A stretch of 64,000 bases of DNA from Thermoanaerobaculia bacterium (lineage in GTDB: Bacteria; Acidobacteriota; Thermoanaerobaculia; Multivoradales; Multivoraceae), in NCBI GenBank assembly GCA_965232105.1, contig OZ246956.1, positions 4,596,408-4,660,407 of the forward strand, in the 5' to 3' direction. The position numbers and the translations under genes are program-made. Numbering within the stretch: position 1 is the stretch's first letter; each line of letters starts with the position of its first letter. Shown here piece after piece: positions 1 through 9,776 of the stretch. Below the pieces are notes generated by a model that was given only the letters and a program-made list of their open reading frames with translations, did not search any database and was not told the origin of the DNA.

Positions 1-1
1 C

Positions 2-679
2 GGCGAGGCCGATCCCGACGCCAGGCTCTACCTTTCCCAGCGAGCGGCGGCGATGCTGATCGTCAGCGACTCTCTCGGCGAGCCCGTCCTGCTGTGGGCG
101 CGGAGCATGGCCGTCGATCGGCTCCAAGGCTCCGATCTTTTGGCTTCGGGCTCCGGCTACGACGTCGTCGCCGAACCGGCCAAGACCTACCTCGGCGACG
201 CGACGCCGGACCAGGCCACCATCGACCTGCCGATCGAGGGACGTGCCGTCCGCATCCTCCCCCGGCCGCCGCTCCTGGGCGACCGCACCCTCGGCGAACT
301 GCTGGAGCACTCCCCCGGCTACCGCGCCGGCATGGATGCCTTCACACCAAACGCCGCGGCGATGACCGCGCTACGCGAAGCCGGACCGGTCCGCGTTCGC
401 GTCTTCTTCGGCTCCTGGTGCGGCGTCTGCAAGCGGGTCCTGCCCAACCTGCTCGAGGTCAACGCCGGCCTCGAAAGCTCGAACATCGCCTTCGACTACT
501 ACGGCCTCGACGCACCGCCGGGCGGCTGGGAAGACCCCGAGGTCAAGGGCAACGGGGTCACCGGCCTGCCGATGGCGATCATCTACCGTGACAGCGAGGA
601 AGTCGGCCGCTTCGGCGGCGCGAACGACTTCGCGCAGCCCGCGCAGGTGCTGCAAAGCCTCCTTGCGGGCTCGCGATAG
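2..679 (+). CDS. Thioredoxin-family protein (5' end probably outside window)
   Basis: FFGSWCGVCK CxxC motif and downstream GLP cis-Pro motif; frame open from base 2, ATG at 53. Confidence 0.75.
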   Translation, partial: GEADPDARLYLSQRAAAMLIVSDSLGEPVLLWARSMAVDRLQGSDLLASGSGYDVVAEPAKTYLGDATPDQATIDLPIEGRAVRILPRPPLLGDRTLGELLEHSPGYRAGMDAFTPNAAAMTALREAGPVRVRVFFGSWCGVCKRVLPNLLEVNAGLESSNIAFDYYGLDAPPGGWEDPEVKGNGVTGLPMAIIYRDSEEVGRFGGANDFAQPAQVLQSLLAGSR

Positions 680-695
680 CCCGCCGACTCCGGTC

Positions 696-798
696 ACTGG
701 GTGCGCCGGCGTGCCATCCGTGCACCCGCCGACGGGTGCACGGACTGGTTCGCGTGTGGCGTGAGATCGCGCCACACGGGTTCTCGCCGGCATTCGGC
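696..798 (+). repeat. REP-like palindrome with 69-nt two-hairpin insert (copy 1)
   Basis: 103-nt ungapped match to 23631-23733 (17 mismatches by hand count); ends match the short REP at 11811-11844. Confidence 0.85.
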
Positions 799-1006
799 CA
801 CCGACTCACCAGCCGCGGCCCTTCAATCCGCAGAGGCGTTACCTCGCGAAGGAGATCGACGGCCGACGGAATCTCCTGGGGTGTCACCGACGTTGGCAGG
901 ACCAGTACCACCACAACACTGACGGCTATGGCGAAGCGCCCGGCCATTCCGGAACGCTAGCCGCCCGGCCTGCGAACAACAGGCTCGCTGAGAAAGGACA
1001 GCTCTC

Positions 1007-1849
1007 ATGAACACGGTTCAGCGGCGTTCGACGCTCTTCCTGATCCTGGCGCTTCTGCTGGTTCAATGCAGCGCGGTCACGTTGCCGCAACCCGGCGAGA
1101 CGTTTTCCGACCTGCTCAGTTCCGGGGAACCGGGACCCGAGATGGTGGTGATAGCGGCCGGCGAGTTCCTGATGGGTTGCTTCGGCAGCCCCCCGCCGCT
1201 GCCGGGTGTGGATTGCCATCCCCGCGAGGAACCTGTGCACAGGGTGAAGATCCCGCGGCCGTTCGCCGTATCGAAGTACGAGGTTACGTTCGAGGACTAC
1301 GACCGCTTCACCGGCGCGACGGAGCGAGCCGCCGACGATGGATGGGGCCGCGGTCGCCGTCCGGCGATCAACGTGTCGTGGCCGGATGCTCAGGCCTACG
1401 TCGAGTGGTTGTCGCGCGAGACCGGAGCAACCTACCGCCTCCTGAGCGAGGCGGAGTGGGAGTACGCTGCGCGTGCCGGCTCCACAGGAAGGATGGACTG
1501 GGGAGAGAACGAGGCGAACTGCGGGCGCTGCGGCAGCCGCTGGGATGGGAAACAAACCGCGCCGGCGGGCTCCTTCCCGGCCAACGCCTGGGGCCTCCAC
1601 GACATGCTGGGCAACGTCCAGGAGTGGGTGCAGGACTGCTGGAACCGCAACTATGTCGGCGCTCCGTCGGACAGCGTGGCGTGGATCGAAGGAAACTGCG
1701 AGCGACGTGTCATGCGCGGCGGTAGCTGGCTGAGTGGCGGAAGCTCGAGAACAGGGGATCCACTCAAGACTGAGGTTCGCAAACGCTGGCCCGCGTCGAG
1801 CGGCGTGCAGATCATCGGGTTCCGAGTCGCCAGAACGCTCGGTCGCTAA
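1007..1849 (+). CDS. Formylglycine-generating enzyme (SUMF1/FGE-sulfatase) domain protein, secreted
   Basis: Motifs FAVSKYEVT, RLLSEAEWEYAARAG, NAWGLHDMLGNVQEW, RGGSW, GFRVAR; AAAGGA RBS; signal peptide. Confidence 0.9.
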   Translation: MNTVQRRSTLFLILALLLVQCSAVTLPQPGETFSDLLSSGEPGPEMVVIAAGEFLMGCFGSPPPLPGVDCHPREEPVHRVKIPRPFAVSKYEVTFEDYDRFTGATERAADDGWGRGRRPAINVSWPDAQAYVEWLSRETGATYRLLSEAEWEYAARAGSTGRMDWGENEANCGRCGSRWDGKQTAPAGSFPANAWGLHDMLGNVQEWVQDCWNRNYVGAPSDSVAWIEGNCERRVMRGGSWLSGGSSRTGDPLKTEVRKRWPASSGVQIIGFRVARTLGR

Positions 1850-1880
1850 GCGCCCAAGAAAAAGGCCAACTGAGGGCGAC

Positions 1881-4604
1881 CTACTGCCCGGCCTCCCGGC
1901 CATTCACGATCACCGGCTCCTCCAGGGCTCCGCTGCTCCCGACATTGACCTCAGCACCCCACCGGCGGCCAGCCGCCCAAAACGAGACTTCGTAGGCGCC
2001 GGGAGTCACGCAACCGAGGCCGAGACGGCCGGCGTCTGAGAAGCGGACACCCTCGCCGGCGCCGGTCAGGTGGCTCACGATCTCGGCGCCCGACTCGGTC
2101 GTCACGCTGAGGAAGGAGAGGGGTTCACCGGCGCAGTCGGCGGCCCGGCACCGGAGTTCGAGCAGACGGCCGGTTGCCAGCAACTCCCGCACTCTGGATG
2201 TGCGGCCCTCTTCGACGTTAGACCCCACGCCGCCGACGCAGGCGGCAGTGTCGTTCCAGACCACCGACACGTCGCCCGTCTGCACCTTCGGATTCACGTA
2301 GCTGCCGGCAGCGGTCGCCAGCCCGGTTCCGACCACATCGCCTGAGGTGTTCACCAGTTGCAGCCAGGCACCCCCTGCGGGAGCTCCTCCGGCCCACCGA
2401 AGCTCCACTTCGACCACGCCCGACTCCTCGCTGCTGACTCTCAGCAACTGGTGCGGCGGCGGATCGAGACCGAGCAAGAGCTCCTGCGTCACTTTTCCGG
2501 TGACGCCGCTCCTTCCCCGGCGCACCAGCGTCGGCGACAGGCCCACATCGGCTTCGAGCCGGTACGAGCCCGGCGGCGCAGGCGGCAGTTCGAAGCTCCC
2601 GTGGTCGTCCGTTTCGGCGTAGGCGACCATCCTCCCCAGATCGCCGAGCAAGGAGACCTGGCCAGCGGCAGGCGCTCCGGTCTCATCGAACAACTGACCT
2701 GTGATGCGGACTCCGCTCAGGTCAACCTGGGGTAGTGGGTCCGCCGACCACAGGCGTCCGACGCTGGTCCCGTCGCCAGGAGACCAGGTCATCCACAGCA
2801 GGCCCGCTGGAACCCTCTCGACAGCAAAGGCGCCATTCGGGCCCACCTCACCGGACAATCTCCGGACAGAACCCGCACCCCCGGGGAACAGGCGCTGATG
2901 GTTGCCTCTGCCGCTCTGGCTGACGATCATGAACATCGAGGAACTCCGCCTCGGATTCAACACGCTGCCGAAGGAAACGGTTCCCCCGGACACCGGTCGC
3001 CCATCCAGAACCAGCACGCTGCGGATCGTTCGCGTCGGTAGCTGCACATCCACCGTCTGAACGTCGGCCGGGCCCTCCTCGACAGCAATCTCCTGCGAGA
3101 CGCGAAGCCCGCCCGTCTCATCCGACACCTCGAGACGATAGGTGCCCGGAGCGGCCAGAAACTCGGCCCGAACTCGCGTTTCCTTGTCGCCCCGCTCCCC
3201 GGCGCCGGCATCGGCCGAAGACTGCAGCGGCGTGTCGACGATCAGCGCCCCAGATTCCCGGAACCGGTCCAGCAAACGAACGGCGCCGCCGCCCAGCCCG
3301 TCGACGACGACCGCGACACGGCGGCCCGGGTGCAGCCACGATTCGCCCTGATCCGCCAACTCGTTCGCGCCCAGCGCGAGGAACCGGTCTGTAACCGGCA
3401 CGTCGGGGCACTGCAGACGCAGGTGGTAGCGGCCTACCTCAAGACCGCCGAGCAGGTACTTACCGTCCGCATCGGATACCGCCAGATGCTGGTCCCTCAT
3501 TCGAGCGGTTTGGATGGCTGGGCCGCCACCCGCCAGGAGGAGTTCGACCAGGCAGCCGGCAGCAGGTTCCGCACCCGCCGCGTTGAAGAGCCGACCCTGC
3601 ACGACCGCCCCGCGGTCCAGGGCGACCAGGCCGAGATCGGTCTCGCCGCCCGGTACCGGTGCAACGCGGATGAGTCGAGATCGGAGGTAGTCGTCGGCCT
3701 GGAACGCGATGTCGATCGCGGTCTCGCCGGCGAAAAAGGCGTTGATCGGCACCGACACCGGACCGTCCGCGTTCTCGACGGCGGACCCTGCACTTCCCCG
3801 CTGCGCCACCCCGAAGGCCCACATCGTGAAGTTCCGGATCGGCTCACCGACTCCCCCTACGAGTTCCACCCGAACATTGGCAGACGCCGGCGCGGCCTCC
3901 GCCCCTCCAGCCGCGTCCTCCTTGGCTACGAGCTCGAAGACGACGCGAGAGGGCCGCCGGCCCTGCTCGACGGTGCGCGCGTCCGTCTCGAAACCGGGCG
4001 CCTCAGCCGTCGCCTGGAGGTTCCCTGCCGGCAGGCCCGCAAGCTCGAAGAGACCCCGTTCGCCGCTGTCGACGCACCGCCTTGTCGGTCCGAACGAACC
4101 GAGAGACCCTGGGTTCCGCCAGAAGGCGCAGACCCGCGCTCCGGCTACCGTGTCTCCGTCCTCGCTCTCCCGGACGACGCCATTCGCCGTTCGCCCGGCT
4201 TGAAGTCGGATCACGCCGGGCGGCGGCTCGTTCGGATACGAGCCAAAGAACGGCAGGTGCGCGGGATGGTCTACGACCAGGCCAAGCCCGCGAAGCCGGG
4301 GCAGGTGATCCTTGACCACGCCCTCCGCGGTCGTCGCCGTCCGCAGCAGGAGCGCTTCCGTCGGGGAAGCGCCCTGAGCCGACGATTGAGGCGTGACCGC
4401 TCCGACAGCGGCAACCTGCTGTGCCGCCGGCCGAAGGACCGTGACCGTGGCCCCGGCGGCGGGTTCGCCATTCGCCCCGAGGACCACGACTTGCCCAGGT
4501 TCCGAAGCCACCTGGGAAACAGCCGGAGTCGCGGAAACAAGAGCACCAACCAGTAGGGACGTGCCGAGGACAGCGAGAACAGGAAACCACTTCATCACGA
4601 ACAC
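1881..4604 (-). CDS. Secreted carboxypeptidase-regulatory-like (prealbumin-fold) repeat protein, paralog A1
   Basis: Signal peptide; repeated GxV...GEPxxGAxV...GxFxLxGL units; GGAGG upstream; closely similar to 4641-7292, both end GREAGQ. Confidence 0.75.
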   Translation of the reverse strand: MFVMKWFPVLAVLGTSLLVGALVSATPAVSQVASEPGQVVVLGANGEPAAGATVTVLRPAAQQVAAVGAVTPQSSAQGASPTEALLLRTATTAEGVVKDHLPRLRGLGLVVDHPAHLPFFGSYPNEPPPGVIRLQAGRTANGVVRESEDGDTVAGARVCAFWRNPGSLGSFGPTRRCVDSGERGLFELAGLPAGNLQATAEAPGFETDARTVEQGRRPSRVVFELVAKEDAAGGAEAAPASANVRVELVGGVGEPIRNFTMWAFGVAQRGSAGSAVENADGPVSVPINAFFAGETAIDIAFQADDYLRSRLIRVAPVPGGETDLGLVALDRGAVVQGRLFNAAGAEPAAGCLVELLLAGGGPAIQTARMRDQHLAVSDADGKYLLGGLEVGRYHLRLQCPDVPVTDRFLALGANELADQGESWLHPGRRVAVVVDGLGGGAVRLLDRFRESGALIVDTPLQSSADAGAGERGDKETRVRAEFLAAPGTYRLEVSDETGGLRVSQEIAVEEGPADVQTVDVQLPTRTIRSVLVLDGRPVSGGTVSFGSVLNPRRSSSMFMIVSQSGRGNHQRLFPGGAGSVRRLSGEVGPNGAFAVERVPAGLLWMTWSPGDGTSVGRLWSADPLPQVDLSGVRITGQLFDETGAPAAGQVSLLGDLGRMVAYAETDDHGSFELPPAPPGSYRLEADVGLSPTLVRRGRSGVTGKVTQELLLGLDPPPHQLLRVSSEESGVVEVELRWAGGAPAGGAWLQLVNTSGDVVGTGLATAAGSYVNPKVQTGDVSVVWNDTAACVGGVGSNVEEGRTSRVRELLATGRLLELRCRAADCAGEPLSFLSVTTESGAEIVSHLTGAGEGVRFSDAGRLGLGCVTPGAYEVSFWAAGRRWGAEVNVGSSGALEEPVIVNGREAGQ

Positions 4605-4640
4605 ACCTCCTTGCGATTCAACCTGCGAAGGCTCGGTCCA

Positions 4641-7292
4641 CTACTGTCCAGCCTCCCGGCCGTTGACGATCACAGGCTCCTCCAGATCCCCCTTGCTGCT
4701 TGCCCTGACTTCCGCGCCCCAGCGGCGGCCAGCCGCCCAGAACGAGACCTCGTAGGAGCCGGGCGTCACGCAGCCAAGGCCGAGGTGGCCGGACTCGGAG
4801 AAGCGGACGGCATCGCCGGCGCCGGTCAGGTGGCTCGCCATCTCGGCGCCCGACTCGGTCGTCACGCTGAGGAAGGAGAGGGGCTCGTCGGCGCAGTCGG
4901 CCGCCGGGCAGCGGAGTTCGAGCAAACGGCCCATCGGGAGCGACTCCCGCAATGTCGACGTGCGGCCCTCCTCAACGTTCAGCCCGACGCCACCGGCGCA
5001 GGCGGCGGCGTCGTTCCAGACCACGGCCACCTCTCCGGCGGGCACGTTCCGGGTTCTCTGCCCGCCGGCCGATGCGAGGCCGCCTCCGATCACGTCGCCC
5101 GCCGCGTTGACGAAGTTGAGCCAGACGCCACCGGCCGGACTGCCGTCGGCACGCCGCAGTTCCACTTCGAGCGTGCCGGGTTCCGCCTCCTCGACACGCA
5201 GGACCTGGTGAAGCGGCGGCTCAGTGGCGACCACGAGTTCCTCGACCGCCGTTCCCGCCAGGCTGCTCCCGCCCTCCCGAGCACGGCTTGGGGACACCCC
5301 CGCACTGGCCTTGAGCCGGTAGTTCCCCGGCGGCGCCGGCGGCAGCACGAAGCGGCCGTCGTCACCGACCTCCGCGAACGCGACGACGCGGCCCACGTCT
5401 CCGATCAGGGCAACCTGGCCGCCGACCGGCGTGCCGTTCACGTCGAGCAGCGAGCCGATCACCCGAACACCGTCCAGGTCCATGCGCGGTACGGGCTCGG
5501 CCGGCCACAACCGCCCGACGTAGGTGCCGTCGCCGGCGTACCAAATCATCCACAGCAGGTCATCTGCCACGCCGTCGACCTCGAACGAGCCGTCCGCGCC
5601 GACAGTGGCGCGCACCGTGGGGCTTCCCATCCCCAACATCCGGCTCTGCTGCGCGCCGCCGCGGCGCTGCGAAGAGAGCTGGATCTTGAAGGTACTGCGG
5701 GACGGCTCGAAGACGCTGCCGAAGGTAACGGCGCCGCCCGCCGCCGGGCGGCCGTCCCGCACCAGGACACTGCGGATCGTCCGGGTCGACAGCGCCACGT
5801 CGACCGTCTGCACGTCGGCCGGCCCCTCCTCGACCGCGATCTCCTGCGACACGCGGAGGCGGCCGGCACCGTCGACGACGTCCAGCCTGTACAGGCCGGG
5901 AACCGCCAGGAACTCGGCTTGCACCGTCGAGTCCCCGTCGCCGCCTCGGCCTGCCCCGGCTTCCGCCAATGACCGCAGCGCCGTCTCGACGATCGGGCTC
6001 TCGATCTCCTTGAACCGGTCCAGAACGCGAACCATCCCTCCGTCCAAACCCTGGACACGCACCGCGACCTGCCGGCCGGAGCCGATCCAGGACTCGCCCT
6101 GGTCGGCCAGTTCGTTGGCGCCCAGCACGACGAGCCGATCCGTGACCGGCGCCCCCGGGCACTGCAGACGCAGGTGATAGCGGCCCGCCCCGAGGCCGCC
6201 GAGCAGGTACCGGCCCTCCGCACCGGAGACCGTCAGGTGACGCTGTCGCAACATCAGGGCCGCGATGGCGCCCGGGCCCGGATAAAGAAGCTCGACCACG
6301 CAGCCGGCAGCGGGTTCCGCCCCCACCGCGTCGAAGAGTCGCCCCTGCACCACGGCCCCGGGCTCGAGCGCGATCAGGCCGAGTTCGATCTCGCCGCCGG
6401 GGACCGGCGCGACGCGGACGAACCGGGACTCGAGGTAGTTCTCCGCCCGGAACGAAAGGTCGACCGCGGCATCGCCCGCGAACGAAGCGCTGATCGGAAC
6501 CAGCATCGGACCTTCGGCGTCCTCGACGTCGTGCGAGGCGCCGGCCATCCGGCCGACCCCGTTGGTCCGCATCGTGAAGTTCCGGATCGGCTCGCCGGCG
6601 GCGCCCACGAGTTCGACGCGCACTTCGCCGGCCGAGGCCGGCCCCGCCGACGCCTCGCCGGCCGGCTGCTCGCTGGCGATGAGCTCGAACTCGACGCGCG
6701 AGGCCCGCCGACCCTGTTCGATGGTGCTGGCGTCCGTCTCGAAACCGGGTGCCTCGGCCGTCGCCTGGAGGTTCCCGGCCGCCAGGCCAGGAAGCTCGAA
6801 CGCGCCGCGTTCGCCGCTGTCCGTGCAGCGGCGTAGGGTTCCAAACCAGTCGGGAAGTGCCGCGTCGCGCCAGGACGCGCAGACCTCCGCTCCAGTCACC
6901 GTGCGACCGGCGGCGGCTTCCCGTACGACGCCCTTCGCCGTCCGCCCCGGCTGCAGCCGGATCACCTCCGGCGGCGGCTGGCTCGGGTACGCGGCCACGA
7001 ACGGCAGGTGCGCCGGATGGTCGACGACCACCGTCAGTCCGTGCAGCCGCGGCACAGCGTCCTCGACGACGCCGTCCTGCGCCGTCTCGCTGCGCACCAG
7101 GAACGCGTCCACCGGCGACAGGCCGGCCCGGCTCGGCTGGAGCACCGTGACCGACGCGTCGGCGACCGGCCGGCCGTCCGCTCCCAGGACGACGAGCTGG
7201 CCCGGAGTAAGCGTTGGTGCCTGTTGAGCCGTGCCGAACGCCGCAAGCGGATGGAGGATGGCAAGGCAGGCGAGAACAGAACTCAATCGCAT
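4641..7292 (-). CDS. Secreted carboxypeptidase-regulatory-like repeat protein, paralog A2
   Basis: Colinear paralog of 1881-4604; signal peptide MRLSSVLACLAILHPLAAFGTA. Confidence 0.75.
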   Translation of the reverse strand: MRLSSVLACLAILHPLAAFGTAQQAPTLTPGQLVVLGADGRPVADASVTVLQPSRAGLSPVDAFLVRSETAQDGVVEDAVPRLHGLTVVVDHPAHLPFVAAYPSQPPPEVIRLQPGRTAKGVVREAAAGRTVTGAEVCASWRDAALPDWFGTLRRCTDSGERGAFELPGLAAGNLQATAEAPGFETDASTIEQGRRASRVEFELIASEQPAGEASAGPASAGEVRVELVGAAGEPIRNFTMRTNGVGRMAGASHDVEDAEGPMLVPISASFAGDAAVDLSFRAENYLESRFVRVAPVPGGEIELGLIALEPGAVVQGRLFDAVGAEPAAGCVVELLYPGPGAIAALMLRQRHLTVSGAEGRYLLGGLGAGRYHLRLQCPGAPVTDRLVVLGANELADQGESWIGSGRQVAVRVQGLDGGMVRVLDRFKEIESPIVETALRSLAEAGAGRGGDGDSTVQAEFLAVPGLYRLDVVDGAGRLRVSQEIAVEEGPADVQTVDVALSTRTIRSVLVRDGRPAAGGAVTFGSVFEPSRSTFKIQLSSQRRGGAQQSRMLGMGSPTVRATVGADGSFEVDGVADDLLWMIWYAGDGTYVGRLWPAEPVPRMDLDGVRVIGSLLDVNGTPVGGQVALIGDVGRVVAFAEVGDDGRFVLPPAPPGNYRLKASAGVSPSRAREGGSSLAGTAVEELVVATEPPLHQVLRVEEAEPGTLEVELRRADGSPAGGVWLNFVNAAGDVIGGGLASAGGQRTRNVPAGEVAVVWNDAAACAGGVGLNVEEGRTSTLRESLPMGRLLELRCPAADCADEPLSFLSVTTESGAEMASHLTGAGDAVRFSESGHLGLGCVTPGSYEVSFWAAGRRWGAEVRASSKGDLEEPVIVNGREAGQ

Positions 7293-8401
7293 GATGGAAC
7301 CTCCCCAGCGCGAATCGCGGCCGCGTCGATCAAGAGAAGCCGGAGCGGCGACCGGAATAGATCCTCAACACCGCTGCTCGACTCCTCCAGGACCCAGTAC
7401 GTCCGGCCAGGCAGCAAGCTCACATGGGCAGCGTTGGTCGGCAAGCGGACCTTGCCGACGACTTCGTCGCGTTGCGGGTCGATCCGGTGGAGGTCCCAGA
7501 CTGGTCGGCCAGCCGTCGCATCCCGCATCAGGACGTAGAGGCTGTCTTCGTCGCCGTAGAGACCGGCCGGATAGCTGGACGCCTCCAATGTCGCGTAGAA
7601 GGCTTCGCGCCCCTCGGGACCATCGCGAGGCAGCACTGGCATCGGCGCCGGCAGGTCCGGGAAGGCCTCCAGTCGCTGTCCGTCCGCTACGAGCTCTTGA
7701 ACGAACGGCCCAGCCGGCGAAAACCGCAATGCGAACACTGCGGCGGCTCGACCGTCGACAGACGCAAGATCGTGCAACGATCCATGCCACTCACGCTCCC
7801 CCTCCAAACCGGGCCAGGCTGCTACCTCTCGCAGCACACGCCTTGCGTCGCCAAGCCCGAGGTCAACCGCGAACTCGGCATACTCCCGATTGGCGCTTTC
7901 CGGGCCCGTGAAGCGATCGCCCTGTAGATACAAGCTGTCGCGCAGGGTGACCAACTCGTCAATGTTGGTGATCTCCTCGCCCTCCCAGCCGGTCGCAGTG
8001 CGTCTCGCGTCGCCCTCCCAAAGTGAGCGCAGCGGGCGTAGGTTGACGTCCAACTCAAAGAGCTGCTCGACACTGCGAAATGAATCGGCAACCACGAAGC
8101 CGCTCCCCAAAGGCTCGATGTCCATGGGTGACACGAAGCTCAGCTCCGGGTCGTCGGTCTCCCACCCGTTGACGATGCGAACGAGACCCTCGGACGTGCT
8201 GTAGACCAGGAGGCGGGACTGATGGAGATCGGCCAGCACGAAGCGCTCATCGTCCATCCAAGTACCGCGAGTACCACCCAGCAGAGGGAACTCGGAGACA
8301 TCCAGCGGGCGGCAGATGGGCTCGGGCGTACGCACCGCGGAACACCCACTGAGAAGCAGCAAAGTGACGACCGGGCCGGCCGCAGCAAACCTCAGTCGCA
8401 C
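7283..8401 (-). CDS. Lipoprotein, probable beta-propeller, paralog B2
   Basis: GTG at 8401 overlaps the B1 stop; lipobox LLSGC; shares LHQSRLLVY, FVSPMD, SSYPAGLYGDEDSLYVL with B1. Confidence 0.65.
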   Translation of the reverse strand: MRLRFAAAGPVVTLLLLSGCSAVRTPEPICRPLDVSEFPLLGGTRGTWMDDERFVLADLHQSRLLVYSTSEGLVRIVNGWETDDPELSFVSPMDIEPLGSGFVVADSFRSVEQLFELDVNLRPLRSLWEGDARRTATGWEGEEITNIDELVTLRDSLYLQGDRFTGPESANREYAEFAVDLGLGDARRVLREVAAWPGLEGEREWHGSLHDLASVDGRAAAVFALRFSPAGPFVQELVADGQRLEAFPDLPAPMPVLPRDGPEGREAFYATLEASSYPAGLYGDEDSLYVLMRDATAGRPVWDLHRIDPQRDEVVGKVRLPTNAAHVSLLPGRTYWVLEESSSGVEDLFRSPLRLLLIDAAAIRAGEVPSCD

Positions 8402-9750
8402 GACACAGGCTCCCCGGCACGAATCGCCGACGCGTCCAGCAGGAGGAGCCGAATTGGCGGCCGACGCGGATTCTCCAGCCCGCTGCTTGCCTCCTCCAGA
8501 ACCCAGTACCTGCTGCCCGGCAGCAGACTCACATGAGGCGCGTTCGTGGGCAGGCGCAGCTTGCCTACGACGGCGTCCAGCTCCGGGTCGATGCGATGCA
8601 GGTCCCACACGACCGCATCACCGGTCGCGTCGCGTATCAGGACGTAGAGGCTGTCTTCGTCGCCGTAGAGACCGGCGGGATAGCTGGACGCCTCTTGGGC
8701 CGCCCAGCCGACCCAACCGACCCCGCCGGCGCGAAGAAACTCCGCCAATGGCACCGGCAGGTCCGGAAAGGCTTCAAGCCGCCGGCCTTTACCAATGAGC
8801 TCTTGAACAAAGGGACCATCCGGTGCGAAGCGAAGGGCAAACATCGAACCCGTTCGACCACCCGTAGCGGCAAGGTCGGAGGCAGATCCGTACCACCCAA
8901 GCTCTCCCGCGAAACCCGGCCAGGCAGCTGTTTCCCGCAGCGCGCCTGCCGGCCCACTTGGCCGGGGTTCCGCCCCGAACTGCGCGAACTCCCGTTCCGG
9001 GTTCCCCTCATCGTCCTGCCGACTGGCCTCTACGTAGAGCCTGCCGCTCAGACCCGCCAACTGAGTGATGGCATTCACCTCCTCGCCGCTCCACGCGCCA
9101 TCCGACTGCTCCACGTCGCTCTCCCAGAGCACCCGGAGCGGTCTCAGCTTCCGATCCAGTGCGAGCAGACGATCCTCATTGCCGAAGCCGACCGCCAGCA
9201 CGAACCCTCGTCCCCACGGCTGGACATCCATCGGCGACACGAAGTTCAGCGCCAGGTTCTCGCTCTCTCGGCCGTTGACGATCCGCACGAGCCCCCGGGG
9301 AATGTCGTAGACGAGTAAGCGGGACTGGTGCAAATCCACCAGCACGAACTGCTCCTCGTCCAGCCATGTGCCCCTGACAAGGCCGAGCGCCGGCCGTTCG
9401 GCGGTCTCCAATGGGCGGCAGGCGGGACCGGGTGTGCGGACGGCCGCGCAGCCGCCGAGGAGCAGAGCGGCAACCAGGGTCGCTGCGAACAGTGGTGATG
9501 AACCTGTGAATCGTTCCGCCCTGCCGCCTGCGGTTCGTGCGCGCCGCTTCGCGGCGGCGCGCTTGATGGGGGCCAGAGGGCCCGCGCACCCAGAGACACG
9601 CTCCGGTGTGGCGCACTTCTCTACTGTGAGTGGCTTGACACCGCTGCGGGCGGATGCGGGCCGATCACGCACCGACCAACGGCCGGCTCCGTCAAGGCGA
9701 CGATGGCCGCGCCGACGGTCGGCGCGGATAGGGCGCTTCGGCCACCGCAT
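8392..9750 (-). CDS. Lipoprotein, probable beta-propeller, paralog B1 (start uncertain)
   Basis: Lipobox LLGGC; GGGAGG before ATG 9750; colinear with B2. Confidence 0.6.
   Translation of the reverse strand: MRWPKRPIRADRRRGHRRLDGAGRWSVRDRPASARSGVKPLTVEKCATPERVSGCAGPLAPIKRAAAKRRARTAGGRAERFTGSSPLFAATLVAALLLGGCAAVRTPGPACRPLETAERPALGLVRGTWLDEEQFVLVDLHQSRLLVYDIPRGLVRIVNGRESENLALNFVSPMDVQPWGRGFVLAVGFGNEDRLLALDRKLRPLRVLWESDVEQSDGAWSGEEVNAITQLAGLSGRLYVEASRQDDEGNPEREFAQFGAEPRPSGPAGALRETAAWPGFAGELGWYGSASDLAATGGRTGSMFALRFAPDGPFVQELIGKGRRLEAFPDLPVPLAEFLRAGGVGWVGWAAQEASSYPAGLYGDEDSLYVLIRDATGDAVVWDLHRIDPELDAVVGKLRLPTNAPHVSLLPGSRYWVLEEASSGLENPRRPPIRLLLLDASAIRAGEPVSCD
9542..9593 (-). repeat. REP-like element plus CGCCGCGAAGCGGCG hairpin
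   Basis: Minus strand CTGGGTGCGCGGGCCCTCTGGCCCCC; 15-mer at 9542-9556 identical to 13246-13260. Confidence 0.7.
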
Positions 9751-9776
9751 ACAACCTGACCTCCCTGTTACAAGGC

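Noticed and set aside
1007-1849. FGE/CLec-fold gene as a diversity-generating retroelement target
   Set aside because: No reverse transcriptase and no template repeat of its 3' end seen in the window
7283-8401. TGA stops after SCD in B1/B2 as selenocysteine
   Set aside because: Downstream genes start in a different frame by overlap; no redox motif
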